A DNA stretch of 64,000 bases, taken from an uncultured Bdellovibrionales bacterium. Its GTDB lineage: Bacteria; Patescibacteriota; Minisyncoccia; Moranbacterales; UBA1568. The notes under the pieces were generated by a model that was given only the letters and a program-made list of their open reading frames with translations, was not told where the DNA came from and ran no database searches. Every line of letters begins with the position of its first letter. The first letter of the stretch is position 1. This document shows positions 1 to 9,769 of the stretch, one piece after another. Position numbers and translations under genes: made by a program. The stretch is from NCBI GenBank assembly GCA_964451495.1, contig CAYVHS010000005.1, positions 8,926 through 72,925 of the forward strand, read 5' to 3'.

Positions 1-127
1 ATATTTTCTCAAGGACAAAACCTTCTGCCGCCTGATGAAGTATGTCCCGAAGGAGATAGCCGATATTTGCCTCCTCGTTATAAGCAGGGATTCCTACGGA
101 GAGTGTTTTTGAGTGAGCGGTATGCAT
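1..127 (-). CDS. Glycosyltransferase family 2, N-terminal fragment (gene continues beyond the left edge)
   Basis: ATG at 127 on the minus strand; translation MHTAHSKTLSVGIPAYNEEANIGYLLRDILHQAAEGFVLEKI matches the typical start of a GT2 Rossmann fold (IP-YNEE). Only 42 codons are visible. Confidence 0.45.
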   Translation of the reverse strand, partial: MHTAHSKTLSVGIPAYNEEANIGYLLRDILHQAAEGFVLEKI

Positions 128-136
128 GACAAAAAG

Positions 137-3100
137 TTACTCAGCCTGATTAATCACATGCAAAAATTCTTTGCTACTTTTATCCCAACTAAAGTTTTCA
201 GCCCAAATGCGCGCCTCCTTACTCAGCTCTTCGCGTAAACTCCTATCACGGATAATGAGCGATATTTTTTCCGCAAATCCTTTCGTATCGCCATATTCTA
301 CGAGGTAGCCCGTATCAGCATCTTTCACCGAATCACGCAGTCCTGGGATGTCAGACGCGACTACCGGTGTACCACAAGCATTTGCCTCAATAACAACAAT
401 CCCCCAACCTTCCATAAATGATGGGTTCGCGAGCACCCAAGCGCTTTGGAGAAGTCGGAGTTTCTCCGCTTCATCCACTTTACCAAGAAAGTGGATTTTG
501 TCCGAGTTGAAGCCCAGATCACGAGCAAGGCGTTTGAGATAGTTTTCTTCATCCCCGCCTCCGGCAATCAGCAGTCTGGCGTCTGGACGTTCTTTCACGA
601 CCAAGTGGAATGCTCGGATCAACACATCGACTGATTTATATGCTTTGAGTCGACCGAGATATAGCACCGTTGGCGTTATACTCTTTTCACCACGCACCAG
701 CTCATGGAGGTGTACTCCTGGATGAACTATTTCGATGCCGGCCGATCCGATACCAAGGGCTTTCATCTCTAGCTCGCTTGAACGAGAAACCGTAATAAAC
801 TTTACGCGCTTGTAAATAATTGGCATCAGCCCCTTTTCGAGAAAGCCTGCGAGGAGCGCTAGTGGTTTGATGAGAGAATGACGAAATACCTCCTGGTGAA
901 CATGGTGCATCAGGCAGTATACCGGTTCCTTGACATACAAAGGCGCAAAAAATGGAATACCATTTTCACAATCAATAACCAAATCGTACCGCCCACGGAA
1001 ACGAACCATATAGTACAAGAAAGCCCAAACATAAACCAAATAAAATCCGCCCCGTCGTATAATATTGATACCGTCAATGGTTTCATACCGCTTCTGTAGA
1101 CCATCATTCCCACAAAAGATTGTCACCTGGTTACCATCGGCGACCCATGTCTTGGCAATCTCGTGTACATAAAGCTCCGCTCCGCCCGCGTAGAGGTGTT
1201 TCAGATCACGCCAGTTAAAAATAAGAATGCGTTTACCGGTTGTGAGTGGCGCCGTGGTGTTCGGAAAACCATTATAAAAAATCCCTATGAAATCACGAAA
1301 TCCTCGCTCAAGAAAAGGGAATTGACGTTCCAAGAAGTGCAACACCGCAAAGGAGAGAAAAATACCCAGGCTCACGAAAAAGACAACATTCACAACAGTA
1401 CCCAGAGAGTCATGATGCATCCAAACACTCCAAATAAGTGCCAGCGAACCAAATATAGATACGAGAGAAAAAAGATATCGTCGCTTGGCTAAGTGATAAA
1501 GAGCAATGACATTTCCTAGTGTAAACAAGGCAATACCAGAGGTATAGAGGAGAAGCCATGGAGTAACTGCCCTTGCTTTTTCACCCAAAAGAATTGGGGT
1601 TACATAATGTCCCAATACACCAAGGAGAGTAACGCCGATACTGACGAGTACAAAAACACTGACAAAGATAGAATCGAAGATTTTCTGTGAACTCTGACGC
1701 AAACCTTCCTTTTGACTCACCAGCGTAATCATAAATACCGTTGGGAGCGATCCGAGGAAATAAATCATTTTCCCAATCAAAGAAAGGAGCGCGTACTGAC
1801 CAGCGGTTGTCTCATCAAAAAAGTGTTTAACGAGGAGTATATCAGCACTCAAAAAAACAACAGCTGAGATACTTGTCAAAATAGCAGAAAAGAAAAACTT
1901 ACCAGGAAAAGCCACTCCAGTTCCCGCCTGTTTGGACCCCCCTATCAAAGCGGCTCGTTTTGGAACAAACACCCAGCCAATACTAGCAGAAACGAGCAGA
2001 GAAAGTGGAATAACCGCGTACATCCACTCAGACCATTGGAAGAAAAAGAAGACCACTGCCAAGCCCATCTTTGCCAGAGTTTCGGTCATATTAATCATGG
2101 CTACAGCAGCGAAGCGCAGATTTCCGAGAAGGTATCCCTGATAACTTGATGTCATCAATCCAAAGACGAGCGCTCCGGTAAAAATGAGAAATACTAGATT
2201 ATCATTGACCCGGAAAAACTTCTCCAGAAATGGGGCTGCTACCACCCAACCCATAGACAAGAATAAGACCGTAAGAATTCCATTCTGAAAAGCAAAAACG
2301 AAAAATCTATTGGCGACATGCTGCCCTTTACGAGCGCTCAAAAAAACCGTCTGATGATTGACTGTTGATCCAAAAGCTCCAAAGAAGATACCCGCAATGT
2401 ACCAAAGCGTATTTATGAGAGTCACCAATGCCAACTGAGAGAAGGAAAGGACGTAACCAAGAAAGGCATTAAAGAGAAAATTAACAAAATTTGATAGCAC
2501 AAAAACAATCATCAACACTCCTTTTCCTGAAAAGATAAAATCTATCCACAGAACGGGAAATACTTTCTGCAGCGTTTCTTTGAGAGCAAAGATTTGACTT
2601 TCTGCAAGTAGCTTTTTATTCGCCGCTACTGTTTCTTCATTCTTTTTTGGAATAGCCTTTTTCACATGAAGCCCATGGAGAGTCTTTTCCCAGTAGTGTG
2701 GATTTCTAATGAGCTGGTAGAGTCCGATGAAGGCTGCCCAACTGACGAGGAACCAATAAAACGGCACCAGGAAAACGTACTTCACCACCTGGAAATGTTC
2801 GCGCTTGGCCGTCCCAATCATGTAGTAATAGAGATAGAGGAAGTTGCCGAAAATGAGTGAAAGGGCAGCAAAGTAAAAAACCAGTGGTGGGAAAAGCGCC
2901 TCGAGAGTCGGTCCGACAATGATATAGAGTGTAAAGTACGAAAGCGTGGCCAACCAGAGAAATGGATTGATAAACATGAACCCGATCTTGCCACCGACCA
3001 CCAGCTGGAAAATAAGCGCATGCCATCCGTTCTCACGCACAAAAGTGACCGGGTGACGCATGTGCACGAGATATGTCTGCATGTAGCCCTTGATCCAGCG

Positions 3101-4819
3101 CGAGCGTTGACGAATCCAATTCTTCACATCACTGTTTGCTTCTTCGAGCGTCACCGAATCGATAATAGCCGTCCGGAATCCACGCTTGAAGATACGAGCG
3201 CCGAGATCGCAATCCTCCGTCACATTAAATGGATCCCAGCCTTCTAGCTCCAAAAGATCACGGGTGCGGAAATGATTACTCGTACCACCGAGCGGAATCG
3301 AGGTATTGATGGACTGGAGTCCAGGCAAAATGACATCAAACCAGAGCGAGTACTCGGCTGTAAAAAGCCGTGTGAGTAAATTCTGGTGGGGATTGAAATA
3401 GTTGAGCTTGGCCTGCAGACAACGAACCGAGGGATGCGAATTTTGAAATCCCAAATACGCCTTTTTCAACTGGGACGGCTCCGGGATATCTTCGGCATCA
3501 TAAATGACGACATACTCCCCGCTCGCAAAAGAGAGTCCGTAGTTACAGGCTTTCGGTTTAGTCTTGGGCATGGAGTGGGGCACCACGAGGATTCGGAAAT
3601 AGCCGGGTAGATCCATAGCTCGAGCAGCAGCAATCGTTTCAGGATCATTTTCCTCGAGCAGCAGCAGGACGTCGAGCTTGGTCTTTGGCCAGTCGAGTGC
3701 CTGCATGGCGGCTACGAAAGTAGGGAGCATATGTGCTTCCTTGTAAAGTGGGCAGAGTACAGAATAGACCGGCAGTAGTTGTTCATCGATGGCCACTAAC
3801 TCTTCGTCAGTACTCGAGAGTTCTGGCGGTGTCTTCAAACTCTTCATCACGAGAAAGAGATTGAAGAGAGCGTCGATGAAATAGATAGCCGTGAGGATAG
3901 CCACAATCAAGATGCCAGTATGAAGTGGGCTGACTATGAGTCCTATCAGAATGAAGAAAAATACTCCCCAAATGAGGTTGCGTTGCCAGGGAGCAAACGT
4001 ACGAAGAGCCGAGATGTGGTGATGGAGCGTTGTGTGTGTCACAAAGCGCTGTCTATTGTGGGCGATACCAGCCCCTACCATCGAGTCACCATGTTCCGGT
4101 TTGATAACAAATGGAGTGTGGCCTTGCCACTTGAGTCGCAGCGCACTCCACCCTATTTCAAACAGGGCGCGAAATGGGTTTAGCTTGGAGACACCAGCCT
4201 GACGTTCGGCAAACGTGATGTCTACCGAGTCGATGACGTAACCATAGTTACGAGCAGATAAGAGGAACTCCATGTCAAAAGTCCACGGTGTCGGGTGAAG
4301 AGTTACCTCACGAAGAATTTTTTTGCGGAACACCTTGAGACCAGACTGGCTGTCACAGTGGAGGTCATGGAGCAAACGAGTAAAAACGAGGGTAAATGTT
4401 TTGCTCAAAAGCCTGCGGAGCCAGTTGGTATCGTGTTCTCTGCGATTAGCCACTACAATGTCTGCTCCCTGTGCAAGACGGTCGAGCATCCCAGGGAGTG
4501 CTTCGGGCGGATACTGGAGATCGGCATCAATCATGGCCACCACGTCAAACCGCGCCAACGCAAATCCTTTGATAAGTGATTGGGCTTTGCCCCGATTTCC
4601 ATCCTTCAGATGACAAATGATGCGAAACGTATCGGCGTACTCGATCGCGAGCGAAGCAATCCGTTCCCGCGTCGCATCAGTAGAATGATCATCAATGAAA
4701 AGGAGCTCTCCTGTAAGTGAGCGCTCTCTGAACACGCGCGCGAGGCGCTTTACCAAAGACTCAACATTCCCCTCTTCGTTGAGTGTCGGGATGACAATAG
4801 AAACTTGATTTTCTGACAT
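137..4819 (-). CDS. Giant multi-domain polysaccharide synthase. In order: GT2 (DPM1-like, aa ~6-240), a second GT2 of processive/cellulose-synthase type with DAED and QRSRW motifs (aa ~350-650), a ~12-14-helix polytopic membrane module resembling a Wzx/MOP flippase (aa ~650-1190), and a C-terminal GT4/GT-B domain with the EX7E motif (aa ~1195-1560)
   Basis: Uninterrupted 1560-aa ORF. Motifs read directly from the translation: VSIVIPTLNEEGNV...DDHSTD...DADLQ (GT2); YDAEDIP...QRSRWIKG (processive GT2); a long hydrophobic multi-helix block; EGWGIVVIEANACGTPVVASD (GT4). Confidence 0.8.
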   Translation of the reverse strand: MSENQVSIVIPTLNEEGNVESLVKRLARVFRERSLTGELLFIDDHSTDATRERIASLAIEYADTFRIICHLKDGNRGKAQSLIKGFALARFDVVAMIDADLQYPPEALPGMLDRLAQGADIVVANRREHDTNWLRRLLSKTFTLVFTRLLHDLHCDSQSGLKVFRKKILREVTLHPTPWTFDMEFLLSARNYGYVIDSVDITFAERQAGVSKLNPFRALFEIGWSALRLKWQGHTPFVIKPEHGDSMVGAGIAHNRQRFVTHTTLHHHISALRTFAPWQRNLIWGVFFFILIGLIVSPLHTGILIVAILTAIYFIDALFNLFLVMKSLKTPPELSSTDEELVAIDEQLLPVYSVLCPLYKEAHMLPTFVAAMQALDWPKTKLDVLLLLEENDPETIAAARAMDLPGYFRILVVPHSMPKTKPKACNYGLSFASGEYVVIYDAEDIPEPSQLKKAYLGFQNSHPSVRCLQAKLNYFNPHQNLLTRLFTAEYSLWFDVILPGLQSINTSIPLGGTSNHFRTRDLLELEGWDPFNVTEDCDLGARIFKRGFRTAIIDSVTLEEANSDVKNWIRQRSRWIKGYMQTYLVHMRHPVTFVRENGWHALIFQLVVGGKIGFMFINPFLWLATLSYFTLYIIVGPTLEALFPPLVFYFAALSLIFGNFLYLYYYMIGTAKREHFQVVKYVFLVPFYWFLVSWAAFIGLYQLIRNPHYWEKTLHGLHVKKAIPKKNEETVAANKKLLAESQIFALKETLQKVFPVLWIDFIFSGKGVLMIVFVLSNFVNFLFNAFLGYVLSFSQLALVTLINTLWYIAGIFFGAFGSTVNHQTVFLSARKGQHVANRFFVFAFQNGILTVLFLSMGWVVAAPFLEKFFRVNDNLVFLIFTGALVFGLMTSSYQGYLLGNLRFAAVAMINMTETLAKMGLAVVFFFFQWSEWMYAVIPLSLLVSASIGWVFVPKRAALIGGSKQAGTGVAFPGKFFFSAILTSISAVVFLSADILLVKHFFDETTAGQYALLSLIGKMIYFLGSLPTVFMITLVSQKEGLRQSSQKIFDSIFVSVFVLVSIGVTLLGVLGHYVTPILLGEKARAVTPWLLLYTSGIALFTLGNVIALYHLAKRRYLFSLVSIFGSLALIWSVWMHHDSLGTVVNVVFFVSLGIFLSFAVLHFLERQFPFLERGFRDFIGIFYNGFPNTTAPLTTGKRILIFNWRDLKHLYAGGAELYVHEIAKTWVADGNQVTIFCGNDGLQKRYETIDGINIIRRGGFYLVYVWAFLYYMVRFRGRYDLVIDCENGIPFFAPLYVKEPVYCLMHHVHQEVFRHSLIKPLALLAGFLEKGLMPIIYKRVKFITVSRSSELEMKALGIGSAGIEIVHPGVHLHELVRGEKSITPTVLYLGRLKAYKSVDVLIRAFHLVVKERPDARLLIAGGGDEENYLKRLARDLGFNSDKIHFLGKVDEAEKLRLLQSAWVLANPSFMEGWGIVVIEANACGTPVVASDIPGLRDSVKDADTGYLVEYGDTKGFAEKISLIIRDRSLREELSKEARIWAENFSWDKSSKEFLHVINQAE

Positions 4820-5059
4820 AACAACCAGCGTGCCATACTTATGTTAATCCACCCTCCGGAAACCAAGATGTTTCACCCGAAAGACAAGAATTTACCGTAC
4901 CGAAAAATGGCACAATTGTCAAGCATTTGTTGTCTCGACAGAAGAATAACTCTGTATAGGTCCCTTAGATACCAAACGTACCCTTGCGAAAGCATTCGTA
5001 GGGCCTTTTTGGCTCAAAATGGAAATAGGAAGTACGTACTACAAGCAGAAGTACGATGG

Positions 5060-5923
5060 CTATTTCTCCAAGAATTCCCCCAGCGCCTCTGTATAGGGAC
5101 GCAGGGCGATGCATTTGGTATTGATGAGTGCCGACGAGTGCGGACGCTTGGCTTTACGAGGAAACGTATCAGCCGAGACGGGTTTCACAATGGCCTCTCT
5201 CTCTGCGAGCCTGAACAGCTCTTGTGCGGCCCCGTACCATGTCGCAACACCTTCATTGGGTAGATGATAGATACCGTATTCTCTCCCCTCTTGCTCGAGC
5301 ACCTTGGTTGCCAATGCGAGATCTGGTGCATACGTGAAACAGCTTTTTTCATCATCGACGACGGTCACTTCTTTTTTATCCTCTGCCACTTCGAGCATCT
5401 TCTCGAAAAAGCTCTTTTTACCCAGAGCCGATGTCGCTGACTTCCCAAACAATTTCGAGAGGCGAATGACATAGTATTTCCCATCGACTGCTATCACTCG
5501 CTTTTCCCCTTCCCATTTGCTCATGCCATACCGAGACAGTGGGCGCGGCTCGGCATCTTCGGTATAACCACTCTCGCTTGCTCCATCAAACACATAGTCA
5601 GTGGAGTAGTGCACCAGTGTCGCATCCATCTCTTTGGCGAGTTGTGCGAGAAATCCTGGTACTTCGGTATTGAGCATCTTGGCTTTGGCATATTCATCCT
5701 CGCTTTCCTCGCACTGATCGACAGCATTGTACGCCACGGCATTCACGATGAGCGCCGGAGCACACTCGCGGATCTTCTTTTCAGCCGCTACGAAATCCGT
5801 CACATCGATATCCTCGAAGTCCCAACCTGTCACTTCATATTCATCGTCCTCGCTATAGACGCGCACGAGCTCCTGTCCGAGCATGCCCCGAGCTCCGAGT
5901 ATCAGCACTTTCTTTTTCTCCAT
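5060..5923 (-). CDS. rfbD: dTDP-4-dehydrorhamnose reductase
   Basis: 287 aa; MEKKKVLILGARGMLGQEL Rossmann N-terminus; RmlD-like length and motifs. Confidence 0.85.
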   Translation of the reverse strand: MEKKKVLILGARGMLGQELVRVYSEDDEYEVTGWDFEDIDVTDFVAAEKKIRECAPALIVNAVAYNAVDQCEESEDEYAKAKMLNTEVPGFLAQLAKEMDATLVHYSTDYVFDGASESGYTEDAEPRPLSRYGMSKWEGEKRVIAVDGKYYVIRLSKLFGKSATSALGKKSFFEKMLEVAEDKKEVTVVDDEKSCFTYAPDLALATKVLEQEGREYGIYHLPNEGVATWYGAAQELFRLAEREAIVKPVSADTFPRKAKRPHSSALINTKCIALRPYTEALGEFLEK

Positions 5924-6057
5924 AGATATTCTCTTAGATAGTACATTCTCAATATATCAGATATGAGCAAACACAACGAGAACATGTAAAAAAATCAGCC
6001 CTATCGCAAAGCGACCGGGCTGAAAAATGATTCTCGAGAAGGAGAGGGCCTGGAATT

Positions 6058-6945
6058 TTAGTCCAGATTCACCTCGACTCTTCCCTGTTGAAAAGCGCAC
6101 AGCATATACTGACGCCACTTGGGATCAAGCACTGCAAATGCAGCGAAAAAATGTTGCAGGCTCTGGCGAGTACGTCGATACTGTGCACCGAGCGACAAAG
6201 GATTGCCATAGCCAAAGCTGATTTCTCTATCGAGGAATACGCGTCCGTCTCTCTTCATCCCCTCATTATCAACGAAAGAGAATTTGATATGCGCCGTATA
6301 GGGATGCCCAGCTGGTTCAGGCAAATGAGAATGGGTGATACTTTGTCTCGGTAGCAATGCGGGCAATACCGCTACATCACCTGGTGAACGTACATCCATG
6401 GTATTCGATACCTGGGTCTTTCTCCTCCTGGAAAAACCAAACAAAACACCGAGTGTCGAAACACAAGCCAACGAGCCCGTAGAGCCCGCCACCAATACGA
6501 GATAACCAATCATTTCTTCTTTGGCTGCGAGTTCGCGAGCCATGATATCGTAGCGCTCATTATGAGCCTTCGCACTGTCCTGCGCAGCTACGATCGCTAC
6601 TGATACCTGGCCGATACGATCAGTCACTTGGTCGATACCGATCGCTATTTCATCTTTGGCGACTGGCGGCGGTACCGATGGTGCATCGGCTATATCGAGC
6701 AACAATGGCCCAACCGGTAATAGACGGGCATCACTAATACCGTTTCTAGCAAGAATGCGCTCGCGTATCGACCGCAACGTAACCGGTTCAGCATAATACC
6801 GCTCATGAATTTTCCAGGCCGTATCTCCTGGTTTCACGGTATACACAATGGTCTCCGCCCGTACGGGCGATGACAGCAGATATGCCGCCACAATGAACAG
6901 CAGTATACCGCAAAGCAGGGTCTCGAAACGATGTACAGAGGTCAT
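6058..6945 (-). CDS. LysM-domain membrane protein (signal anchor, LysM, coiled coil, a second TM, C-terminal domain of unknown function)
   Basis: TIVYTVKPGDTAWKIHERYY is LysM-like; two hydrophobic helices; strong RBS AAGGAG 7 nt upstream of ATG 6945. Confidence 0.6.
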   Translation of the reverse strand: MTSVHRFETLLCGILLFIVAAYLLSSPVRAETIVYTVKPGDTAWKIHERYYAEPVTLRSIRERILARNGISDARLLPVGPLLLDIADAPSVPPPVAKDEIAIGIDQVTDRIGQVSVAIVAAQDSAKAHNERYDIMARELAAKEEMIGYLVLVAGSTGSLACVSTLGVLFGFSRRRKTQVSNTMDVRSPGDVAVLPALLPRQSITHSHLPEPAGHPYTAHIKFSFVDNEGMKRDGRVFLDREISFGYGNPLSLGAQYRRTRQSLQHFFAAFAVLDPKWRQYMLCAFQQGRVEVNLD

Positions 6946-7291
6946 GATACTCTCCTTCTAGAGATAGATGTTTTAACGAACAAAAGATGTGTCTTTTCAG
7001 ACTCCCGAGAATACACTATTTTCTCAAGACTAGCAAGCCCCCCTCTTAGATAATTTCTGGATGAATCGATTCCAGAGCGGATGAGTCGCCCCTGCATATA
7101 CACATCGGGTGTGGTTGCTGCCCCAAAAGAAGTTTGGAGAATAGAAAGCGAGGTATATGAAGAGCTCCTGTCCGAGCATCCCCTTTGCCCTAAGAATCAA
7201 TACTTTTCTCTTGTCTATACTAACGAAATCTCATAGCTAGTATCCGCTTTGTACGGTATAGCAAAACCGCCCCATCCTGACACTTTCAATA

Positions 7292-7329
7292 TGCACACTA
7301 TAATATCCGGTCGGATATTATAGTGTGCA
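7292..7329 (-). promoter_or_regulatory. Second, homologous 36-bp perfect palindrome (TTGCAC, 17 nt, GATATTATAGT on the minus strand) at the 3' side of the PaaX-like gene and about 340 nt upstream of the LysM gene
   Basis: GCACACTATAATATCCG-GT-CGGATATTATAGTGTGC: 17-nt arms and a 2-nt centre, perfect. Aligns base for base with the 7998-8033 element (~75% identity, same -35 to -10 geometry). Confidence 0.5.
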
Positions 7330-7339
7330 ACAAAAAAAA

Positions 7340-7963
7340 TCACTTGATTCCAAACTTTTTCTTTAAGACCTCATCTCCATCGAGATGTTCAGTCACGATA
7401 TAGAGCATTTCCTTTCCAATCTTATACTGCGCCTTAAGAAGTTCTACTACTTTGTCACATTCATACGGATACACCCACACACTATCTTGCAGTCTGAGGA
7501 ATCCAAAAGAAAGCATATCACCCCTTGCGCGGTCGCGAGCGAATCTGCGCTTTTCTTCGATGTCAAAAATAAGCAATCGCCATTTACCATCCCATCGCCA
7601 CTTCTTCAGACGCTTCTCTTTCAATTGATAACGGAGAAGTTCTCGCTGACCCTTCTCGGTAAGCCGGACAACTTCCTCATCATTCTGCTCAAAGACATAT
7701 ACTAATCCCTGACGATGCAGCTTTTGTATTGTCTTGCTAACATAGGCTGGCGTTCTATATCGCCTATCGTTCTTCTTGAAGACACGAAGTATCTGCACCA
7801 CATTGGGAGCTGCTACTGCCAAAGCTATTAGCCCAGCCGCGCCCACAATCCCAAGTATCGCCATACTCACAGCGCCACGATCCAATCGTACTGATTTCTT
7901 TTTTGGCTTTCGCTCAGATGCCTCTTGTTTTTGAGTTTTTTTCTTCTGAACTTCCTCACTCAT
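7340..7963 (-). CDS. Membrane-anchored PaaX-like winged-helix transcriptional regulator
   Basis: Lys-rich N-terminus, one TM helix, a winged-helix-like segment, then KKWRWDGKWRLLIFDIEEKRRFARDRARGDMLSFGFLRLQDSVWVYPYE, which matches the PaaX C-terminal (Cas2-like fold) signature W-DG-W-LV-FDIPE. Confidence 0.5.
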   Translation of the reverse strand: MSEEVQKKKTQKQEASERKPKKKSVRLDRGAVSMAILGIVGAAGLIALAVAAPNVVQILRVFKKNDRRYRTPAYVSKTIQKLHRQGLVYVFEQNDEEVVRLTEKGQRELLRYQLKEKRLKKWRWDGKWRLLIFDIEEKRRFARDRARGDMLSFGFLRLQDSVWVYPYECDKVVELLKAQYKIGKEMLYIVTEHLDGDEVLKKKFGIK

Positions 7964-7997
7964 ACTGTTTTTTTTGTTTTCTATCTAATTTTTACAT

Positions 7998-8033
7998 GCG
8001 CATTATAACATACGGTCGTATCTTATAATGCGC
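7998..8033 (-). promoter_or_regulatory. 36-bp palindromic promoter-operator immediately upstream of the PaaX-like gene. On the minus strand: TTGCGC, 17 nt, TATGTTATAAT (extended -10, TGnTATAAT)
   Basis: GCGCATTATAAcATACG-GT-CGTATcTTATAATGCGC reads as a near-perfect palindrome centred on GT at 8015-8016. Minus-strand -10 TATAAT at 8002-8007, preceded by TGT. Confidence 0.55.
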
Positions 8034-8080
8034 AATTCATGGATATAAAAACTAGCCATGACGCTAGAATTTTATGATTA

Positions 8081-8744
8081 TCATTTTTTCTGTTTCTCTA
8101 ATTTCAAAAAATCACCCTCGCTGATGACTTCAATTTCTCCATCGATTATCTTGAGAGCCGATGAATCATCCAGCGCATATACTGCGTGAGGAAACTTCTC
8201 GGCAAGCGATCGAATAAGTGGTGTCCTAAGATGAGCGAAATAATCAGAGTTGAGGTGCGGAAGAATAGAGAAATCAAAAATACCGAGACCTTTCTCATTC
8301 CCTTCAAATACTTCTTCAGGAATAAGGTCCTTCATCGAGTCCTGAGAAAGCAGCTTCCCGACAACCATGCTCCCGGCACTGATACCCATAAACTCGCGTC
8401 TTGAGAAGTTCCGGCAATACACTCATGACACCACTCTCCCGCATCGTCTTAGCTAAATATTGTTCATCACCACCGCCGAAACAAAGAAGCTCTGCGGTTT
8501 CAAATCGTTTAAACCAATTCTCATTCGGCACCGCAGCAATATCGACAATATCAACCGACTTAAAACCACGATCCAGAAAATCATTCAAGTTATCTACAAG
8601 CCAGCCTTTGTCGCCAGCAATACAACTAGCCGCAGTCGGAACAAAAGCAACCGATATTTCATTTGTTGGTTTTCCAATCAATGCCAACAGCGCTTTTTCA
8701 ATAGACGCATTTCGTACGCCAGCTGAAGTGAGAAGAAATTTCAT
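8081..8744 (-). pseudogene. Peptidase E (S51, dipeptidase E family) interrupted by a +1/-1 frameshift near 8385-8397
   Basis: Upstream frame gives MKFLLTSAGVRN...ELLKTRVY and then runs into a stop. The downstream frame continues with ...MGISAGSMVVGKLL, the catalytic GxSAG nucleophile elbow, through to the C-terminus. The two ORFs, 8316..8822 and 8081..8422, overlap. Confidence 0.6.
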
Positions 8745-8755
8745 AAAAAGAATAA

Positions 8756-9760
8756 TTATCGTTTCTCGTACTGTTTCTCGTAATATTTCTGGTACGCGCC
8801 AGACTTCACGTTTTTCCACCACGTCTCATTTTTCTGGTACCACGCCACGGTCTGAGCCAGCCCCTCTAACAAAGAAACTGATGGCTGCCAACCGAGCTCG
8901 TTTTTGATCTTGGAATAGTCGATAGCATAACGACGGTCATGTCCCGCACGATCTTTCACATACTCGATAGCGCTTTCATCCTTGCCGAGGAGCACGAGGA
9001 GTTGCTTGACGATCCAAATATTCTCTCGTTCGCCGTCTCCTCCGACACAGTAGGTCTCGCCGATCCTGCCCCGATGGATGATTGCATCGATAGCACTACA
9101 GTGATCCTTCACATGGAGCCAATCACGCACCTGAGCACCATCGCCATAGACCGGTACCGATTTGCCCTCAAGGATATTGGTGATAGCGAGCGGGATGAGC
9201 TTTTCCGGAAAATGATAAGGCCCGTAGTTATTGGAGCAATTGGAAAGAGTGACAGGGAGTCCGTAGGTATGGAAATACGCCCGTACCAAATGATCCGAGC
9301 TCGCCTTGGATGCGCTGTACGGGCTCCGCGGGTCATACGGAGTATGCTCGTCAAACGGAGCATCATCCGGTGCCAATGCACCAAACACTTCGTCCGTCGA
9401 TACATGATGGAAACGCCGACCATACTTGCGAGCTGCTTCGAGGAGCACATGTGTCCCACGGACATTGGTCTCGAGGAAAATGCCTGGGTCCATGATAGAG
9501 CGATCCACATGAGACTCGGCCGCAAAATGCACCACAATATCGCACTCATCTACGAGTGGCTCGACTACTCCTATATCAGTAATACTCCCCCGGACGAAAC
9601 GATACCGAGGATCATCTTGCCACTGTGCCAGATTTTCCAAATTTCCCGCATACGTCAAAGCATCCAGATTGACTACCTCATACCCTGGATATGCCTTCAA
9701 GATGTGACGGATGAAATTGGATCCGATAAACCCCGCTCCGCCCGTGACTAAGAGTTTCAT
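8756..9760 (-). CDS. rfbB: dTDP-glucose 4,6-dehydratase
   Basis: 334 aa; MKLLVTGGAGFIGSNFIRH; canonical RmlB. Confidence 0.9.
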   Translation of the reverse strand: MKLLVTGGAGFIGSNFIRHILKAYPGYEVVNLDALTYAGNLENLAQWQDDPRYRFVRGSITDIGVVEPLVDECDIVVHFAAESHVDRSIMDPGIFLETNVRGTHVLLEAARKYGRRFHHVSTDEVFGALAPDDAPFDEHTPYDPRSPYSASKASSDHLVRAYFHTYGLPVTLSNCSNNYGPYHFPEKLIPLAITNILEGKSVPVYGDGAQVRDWLHVKDHCSAIDAIIHRGRIGETYCVGGDGERENIWIVKQLLVLLGKDESAIEYVKDRAGHDRRYAIDYSKIKNELGWQPSVSLLEGLAQTVAWYQKNETWWKNVKSGAYQKYYEKQYEKR

Positions 9761-9769
9761 AGAAAGTAT

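Noticed and set aside
4841-5263. 140-aa plus-strand ORF between the giant GT gene and rfbD
   Set aside because: Overlaps the rfbD 3' end in antisense; no motifs. The gap contains only a weak hairpin (CCTTGCGAA-AGCA-TTCGTAGG).
7292-7329. The palindrome read as an intrinsic terminator of the PaaX-like gene
   Set aside because: The T-run precedes the hairpin on the coding strand and does not follow it. The element also aligns with the promoter-bearing copy at 7998-8033, so an operator/promoter interpretation is preferred.
8939-9751. 270-aa plus-strand ORF
   Set aside because: Lies entirely antisense to the well-conserved rfbB gene; a shadow ORF.
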